From an uncultured Gemmatimonadaceae bacterium (GTDB taxonomy: Bacteria; Gemmatimonadota; Gemmatimonadetes; Gemmatimonadales; Gemmatimonadaceae): a stretch of DNA of 17,648 bases. The stretch spans positions 1 to 17,648 of the forward strand of contig CAWGJO010000029.1 in NCBI GenBank assembly GCA_963822945.1, written 5' to 3'. A program made the position numbers and the translations under genes. This document shows, piece after piece, positions 13,910 to 17,648 of the stretch (positions are counted from its first letter, which is position 1; each line of letters begins with the position of its first letter). The notes beneath the pieces are model-generated. The model had not been told where the DNA came from. It ran no database searches and worked only from the letters and a program-made list of their open reading frames with translations.

Positions 13910-16621
13910 CTCTTCTCTCAACGCCACCACGGGATCCACCCGTGTCGCCCGCAGCGCCGGACCCAGCGTCGCCACGATGGCGACGATGGTCAACACAGTG
14001 GCCACCGCGCCGAAGGTGGGCGGGTCGGTGGGCGACACCTGATAGAGTTGCGCGTTGAGCAGCCGAGTCAGCGCGAGCGCGCCGGCCAGCCCGATCGCCA
14101 CGCCGGCCATCGACATCACCATTCCCTGCCGCAGCACCAGCCGCAACACCCGCTTCCTGGGCGCGCCGAGCGCGACGCGCACACCCATCTCGCGAGTGCG
14201 CTGCGCCACCGTATACGACATCACGCCGTAGATGCCGAGGGACGCGAGCAGCAGGGCCAGGCCGGAGAACACCCCGAGCAGCACCACGGCCAGCTTGCGG
14301 TCGCCGAGCGACGATGAAATCAGGTCGTCCATGGTGTTGACGTTGGACACCGGCATGGTCGGATCGACGCTCTGGACGGCGCGCCGCACCGACCCGACGT
14401 ACGACCGTGGATCGGCCGTCGTGCGCACCGCGACCTGCAGATTGTAGATCCCGCCGAACGCGGCGGCGACTTGCGGTACGCTGAAATACACCTGAATGCG
14501 CTTTTCCGCGGTCAGCCCCTCGTGCGCGGTATGTCCCACCACGCCGACGATGGCGATGAGTTTCGTCTTGGGCGTGATCGGGCCGTCTTCGAAGTAGATG
14601 TGGCGTCCGATCGGATCCTCCCCGGGCTTCATGAATCGCTTCACGAACTCCTCGTCCACCACGGCCACGAGCGGCGCCTTGGCGTCGTCGCCCGGCCCGA
14701 TCAAACGGCCCTCCTTGAGCGGAATCTTCAGCGCGCTGAAGAAGCCCGGCGTCACGATGCGGATGTCGCCCCATGGGGCGTTGCCCTTGGGCGGCACGTA
14801 CCCCTCGACGTTGAAGGTGCCGGTGGACCACGACCCGCCGAACGGCATCACGCTGGTGCCGCCCACGGCGCGAACGCCCGGCACGGCGGCGATGGCCGGC
14901 ATCACCCGCGCGAAGAACGCGGACTGCGCGTCGGGCGTGGCGTACTGCGTCTTGGGGAGCGACAGGCTGAGCGTCAGCACGTTATTGGGGTCGAAGCCCG
15001 GACTGACGCCTTCGATCGCCGCAAAGCTCTTGAGCAGCAGTCCGCCGCCCACCAGCAGGGTGAGGGCCAGCGCAACTTCCCCGACCACCAGCGCCCAACG
15101 GACGCGCTGTCCGGCGCGATCGGCGGTGCCACCGCGGCCGCCTTCCTTGATGACCAGGTGCAACCGGCTGCCGGCCAGCTGCAGCGCCGGCACCAGACCG
15201 AACAGCAATCCGGTGAGCACCGCGACGCCCGCGGTGAAGCCGACCACACGCCCATCGATGGCCAGATCGCCGATGCGCGGCACGTTGCCGGGATTGATCG
15301 CCACGAGGGCATGGACGGCACCGTAGGCGATCGCCAGTCCCAACGCGCCGCCCGTGATGGAAAGCACCAGGCTCTCGATCAGCAGTTGGCGCGCCAAGGC
15401 CCAGCGCGTGGCGCCAAGCGCGGTGCGAATGGCCACCTCCCGCTGTCGCGACGCCGCGCGCGCCAGCATCAGGTTGGCCACGTTGGCGCAGGCGATGAGC
15501 AGCACGAAGCCGACCGCGCCGAGCAGCACGAGCAGCATTGGCCGAACGTTGCCGGTTTTCAGCGTCGACAACGCCTTCACGTCCAGAGTCCACTGGTCGG
15601 GCAGGTTGTCGGGATACTCGTGCTTCAACTGGTTGGCGAACGCGGTCATGTCGTGCTGCGCCTGCGCGAAGGTGACGCCCGGCTTCAGGCGGGCGACGAC
15701 GAACAGGAACTCGTTCGTGAAGCGCGACGGCACGTTGAGCTTGGGGTCCAGCGCAATCGGCGACCACATTTCGGCGGTGCGGCCCCCGGGATCGACGAAC
15801 GACGGCGGCATCACGCCGATCACGTCGAACGCCTCGCCATTCAACGAGATCTGGCGTCCGACGATTCCGGAGTCGGCGCCGAAGCTGCGCCGCCACAGGC
15901 CGTACGACAGCACGACGACGTGGTTGCGGCCGATCGAATCCTCTTCGGGGCGCGGCACCCGCCCCAGCATCGGCGCCACACCCAGCGCGGGGAAGAACTG
16001 TGCGCTCACCTGCGACCCGACCAGGCGCTGCGGATCGCCCTGTCCCGTGAGGTTGGCGGTCCACACGTTCTCCACCGAGACGTTCGCAAAGTCGTGCGTC
16101 CGGTCGCGATAGGCGATGAACCCCGGCACCGAGACCGACGCCTCGAGATCGATCTTCGTGTAATGATGAAAGATCGTCACCAACTGATCAGGCGCCCGAT
16201 AGGCGAGCGGCTTCAGCAGCACCGTATTGACCACGCTGAAGATCGCGGAGTTGGCGCCGATGCCGAGCGCCAGCGTGGCGACCACGACGATGGTGAACGC
16301 CGGCGCGTGGCGCAGACGGCGCAGCGCATAACGAAGATCGGCAAGCAGCAGCGACATGAGCGTGTCTCCCGAGGGAGGTGTGAGGGCCACGGCGGCCGGT
16401 ACGGCGCGCCGCTCGCGGTGCATGGCGGCAAGGGTGAGGGGCGCGCGGATGGTCTCGCGCCAATACCAGAAGCGCGCGCGCCATCGGCTCCAGCCGCCAT
16501 CGATGGACGCGCGATACGATTCGTCCAGGTCGCCCAGGAAGGGCTCGCGGAGATCGTCGGGCAGCAGCCGGGCCAGGAGCCAGGACGCCGCGCGCGGAGG
16601 AACGCCGCGAATATCGGTCAC
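13907..16621 (-). CDS. Duplicated MacB/FtsX-type ABC permease (ADOP-like), module 3, prefix-2-type N-terminus
   Basis: 904 aa. GTG start overlaps the padR-3 stop (GTGA). Prefix PPRAASWLLARLLP...FLGDLDESY...RARFWYWRET, then [49 protein letters not shown] and DPVVALREE. Confidence 0.93.
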   Translation of the reverse strand: MTDIRGVPPRAASWLLARLLPDDLREPFLGDLDESYRASIDGGWSRWRARFWYWRETIRAPLTLAAMHRERRAVPAAVALTPPSGDTLMSLLLADLRYALRRLRHAPAFTIVVVATLALGIGANSAIFSVVNTVLLKPLAYRAPDQLVTIFHHYTKIDLEASVSVPGFIAYRDRTHDFANVSVENVWTANLTGQGDPQRLVGSQVSAQFFPALGVAPMLGRVPRPEEDSIGRNHVVVLSYGLWRRSFGADSGIVGRQISLNGEAFDVIGVMPPSFVDPGGRTAEMWSPIALDPKLNVPSRFTNEFLFVVARLKPGVTFAQAQHDMTAFANQLKHEYPDNLPDQWTLDVKALSTLKTGNVRPMLLVLLGAVGFVLLIACANVANLMLARAASRQREVAIRTALGATRWALARQLLIESLVLSITGGALGLAIAYGAVHALVAINPGNVPRIGDLAIDGRVVGFTAGVAVLTGLLFGLVPALQLAGSRLHLVIKEGGRGGTADRAGQRVRWALVVGEVALALTLLVGGGLLLKSFAAIEGVSPGFDPNNVLTLSLSLPKTQYATPDAQSAFFARVMPAIAAVPGVRAVGGTSVMPFGGSWSTGTFNVEGYVPPKGNAPWGDIRIVTPGFFSALKIPLKEGRLIGPGDDAKAPLVAVVDEEFVKRFMKPGEDPIGRHIYFEDGPITPKTKLIAIVGVVGHTAHEGLTAEKRIQVYFSVPQVAAAFGGIYNLQVAVRTTADPRSYVGSVRRAVQSVDPTMPVSNVNTMDDLISSSLGDRKLAVVLLGVFSGLALLLASLGIYGVMSYTVAQRTREMGVRVALGAPRKRVLRLVLRQGMVMSMAGVAIGLAGALALTRLLNAQLYQVSPTDPPTFGAVATVLTIVAIVATLGPALRATRVDPVVALREE

Positions 16622-16944
16622 GGGGCCTCGAACGAGGTGTCGAGCCCGCGGGTCATGCCGCGCACCGCTTCGATGCTGGCCCTGAGGGCGCGGCGCCCGG
16701 CCGCGCGCATGACGAAATACTTCTTGCGGCGCCCGCCGCGTTCGGGCGACGATTCGCCCAGACGGGACTCGATCAGTCCCTTGTCCTCGAGGCGCGCCAG
16801 CGTGGTGTAGATCGTCGCGAAGCTCGGGTGCCGCCCGGCGCGCGACGCGATCTCACGCTGCACGGCCACACCGTAAGCGTCGTCGCCCAGCCGCACGAGG
16901 GCGAGCAGTACGAGTTGTTCGAGTTCTCCGAGGTGAACCGCCAC
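16618..16944 (-). CDS. PadR family transcriptional regulator (LGELEQ subtype), module 3
   Basis: HLGELEQLVLLALVRL, DAYGVAVQREI, ATIYTTLARLEDKG, ERGGRRKKYF. GTG at 16944 with GGGAG RBS gives 108 aa and is preferred over the track start at 17088. Confidence 0.88.
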   Translation of the reverse strand: MAVHLGELEQLVLLALVRLGDDAYGVAVQREIASRAGRHPSFATIYTTLARLEDKGLIESRLGESSPERGGRRKKYFVMRAAGRRALRASIEAVRGMTRGLDTSFEAP

Positions 16945-16960
16945 ATCCGCTCCCAGTTTC

Positions 16961-16979
16961 TTCGACAATGCCGAATATA
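16961..16979 (-). promoter_or_regulatory. Putative padR-3 operator overlapping a -10-like element
   Basis: Imperfect palindrome TTCGAC-AAT-GCCGAA (16961-16975) overlaps minus-strand TATATT (16979-16974) in an AT-rich pocket. No convincing -35 was found. Confidence 0.55.
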
Positions 16980-17079
16980 TGGACAGCGGGAATTCTGGAA
17001 AGGTTGCAATGGCGGTCGAGGCCGCGAGACCGTCGGGCCACGAGGTCCGGGCGCCGTGCAATGCTCCGCAGGCGCCGTC

Positions 17080-17160
17080 CCGACCCACCGACGTACCGTC
17101 CTACCGACTCCGACCTACCGACCTACCGACCTACCGTCCTACCGTCCTACCGGAGTACCG
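17080..17160. repeat. CCGACCTA-family tandem array (about 10 units)
   Basis: ccgaccca ccgacgta ccgtccta ccgact ccgaccta ccgaccta ccgaccta ccgtccta ccgtccta ccggagta ccg. Confidence 0.88.
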
Positions 17161-17170
17161 GCTCACCCCT

Positions 17171-17467
17171 TCAATGCGGCGTATTGACCCGCCCGTGCGC
17201 ATGCGACGGCGGCAGCCCGCCCGGCGCCGCTCGCTCCGCGAGCACCTTCGCCGTGAACCGCTGCGCCTCGGACACCCGCTCCACCTCGACCGCCGTCGTC
17301 TCGACGATCTGTTCGATGCGGGCCATGCGCTCCATCAACTCGTCCGGCAACTTCGGATGCACCGCTTTCCGGTTGATGAAGGCGAGGATGATCTTCGTCA
17401 GCGACGAGATGCAGACCACGCCGAGCACGAAGGCGAGGATCATGCCGACGAATTCTGGAAATTGCAC
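17171..17467 (-). CDS. Small hypothetical membrane protein (N-terminal TM plus coiled coil), 98 aa
   Basis: GTG start with AGGAG RBS. Hydrophobic FVGMILAFVLGVVCISSL is followed by heptad-like ERMARIEQIVETTAVEVERVSEAQRFTAKVLAER. Confidence 0.8.
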   Translation of the reverse strand: MQFPEFVGMILAFVLGVVCISSLTKIILAFINRKAVHPKLPDELMERMARIEQIVETTAVEVERVSEAQRFTAKVLAERAAPGGLPPSHAHGRVNTPH

Positions 17468-17575
17468 GGGGCGCTCCTGGCGGGGTTCTGTTGGCCATAC
17501 GTGAATCGCCCAGCCGGGTTGCAGCCCGGCGCGATCGTGCGGCTAGCGGGGCGCCGGCGGCGGCCCCCCGGGCCG

Positions 17576-17621
17576 CTGTCTGACTGTCTGACTGTCCGAC
17601 TGTCCGACCATCTGACCGTCC
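17576..17621. repeat. 8-bp tandem repeat CTGTC(T/C)GA, about 5.5 units
   Basis: ctgtctga ctgtctga ctgtccga ctgtccga ccatctga ccgtcc. Confidence 0.8.
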
Positions 17622-17648
17622 TCCCCCCGACGCCCTGGCCCTCCCCAC

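Noticed and set aside
13775..14317. ORFs encoding RPTDLPTY repeats (13775..14317, 16828..17187, 16968..17504)
   Set aside because: These are translations of the DNA 8-mer arrays running antisense to real genes.
14471..16810. 779-aa plus-strand ORF (also 6747..8318 and 12046..13506)
   Set aside because: Antisense shadows of the permeases caused by GC-rich codon bias.
16945..17088. 48-aa N-terminal extension of PadR-3
   Set aside because: It runs through the promoter/operator and repeat DNA. GTG 16944 has an RBS and gives a normal PadR length.

Overview
A very GC-rich bacterial window, inferred to be Gemmatimonadota-like from its gene families and repeat style. The left part (1-6.7 kb) holds the 3' end of an unknown gene, a Zn/Mn-type ABC ATPase and permease pair with no substrate-binding protein, a glucose 1-dehydrogenase divergent from a GH15 hydrolase plus a small membrane protein, and a CPA1 Na+/H+ antiporter. 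The right part (6.8-17.6 kb) is a tandem array of three co-oriented [PadR regulator + ~900-aa duplicated MacB/FtsX orphan (ADOP-type) permease] modules with no cognate ATPase. A Uma2/DUF820 nuclease gene interrupts the array and a small membrane/coiled-coil protein precedes it. Each PadR has its own distinct ~15-bp palindrome upstream, and one sits in the spacer of a clear leaderless sigma70 promoter. PadR subtype co-varies with the permease N-terminal prefix type, and at least one permease has a strong internal RBS+ATG just after its prefix. Period-4/8 tandem repeats (CCGACCTA etc.), some forming hairpins and supplying stop codons, mark module boundaries. Three genes carry single-base frameshifts, two of them in G homopolymers, most simply explained as sequencing indels. 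No RNA genes, CRISPR or transposases were seen.
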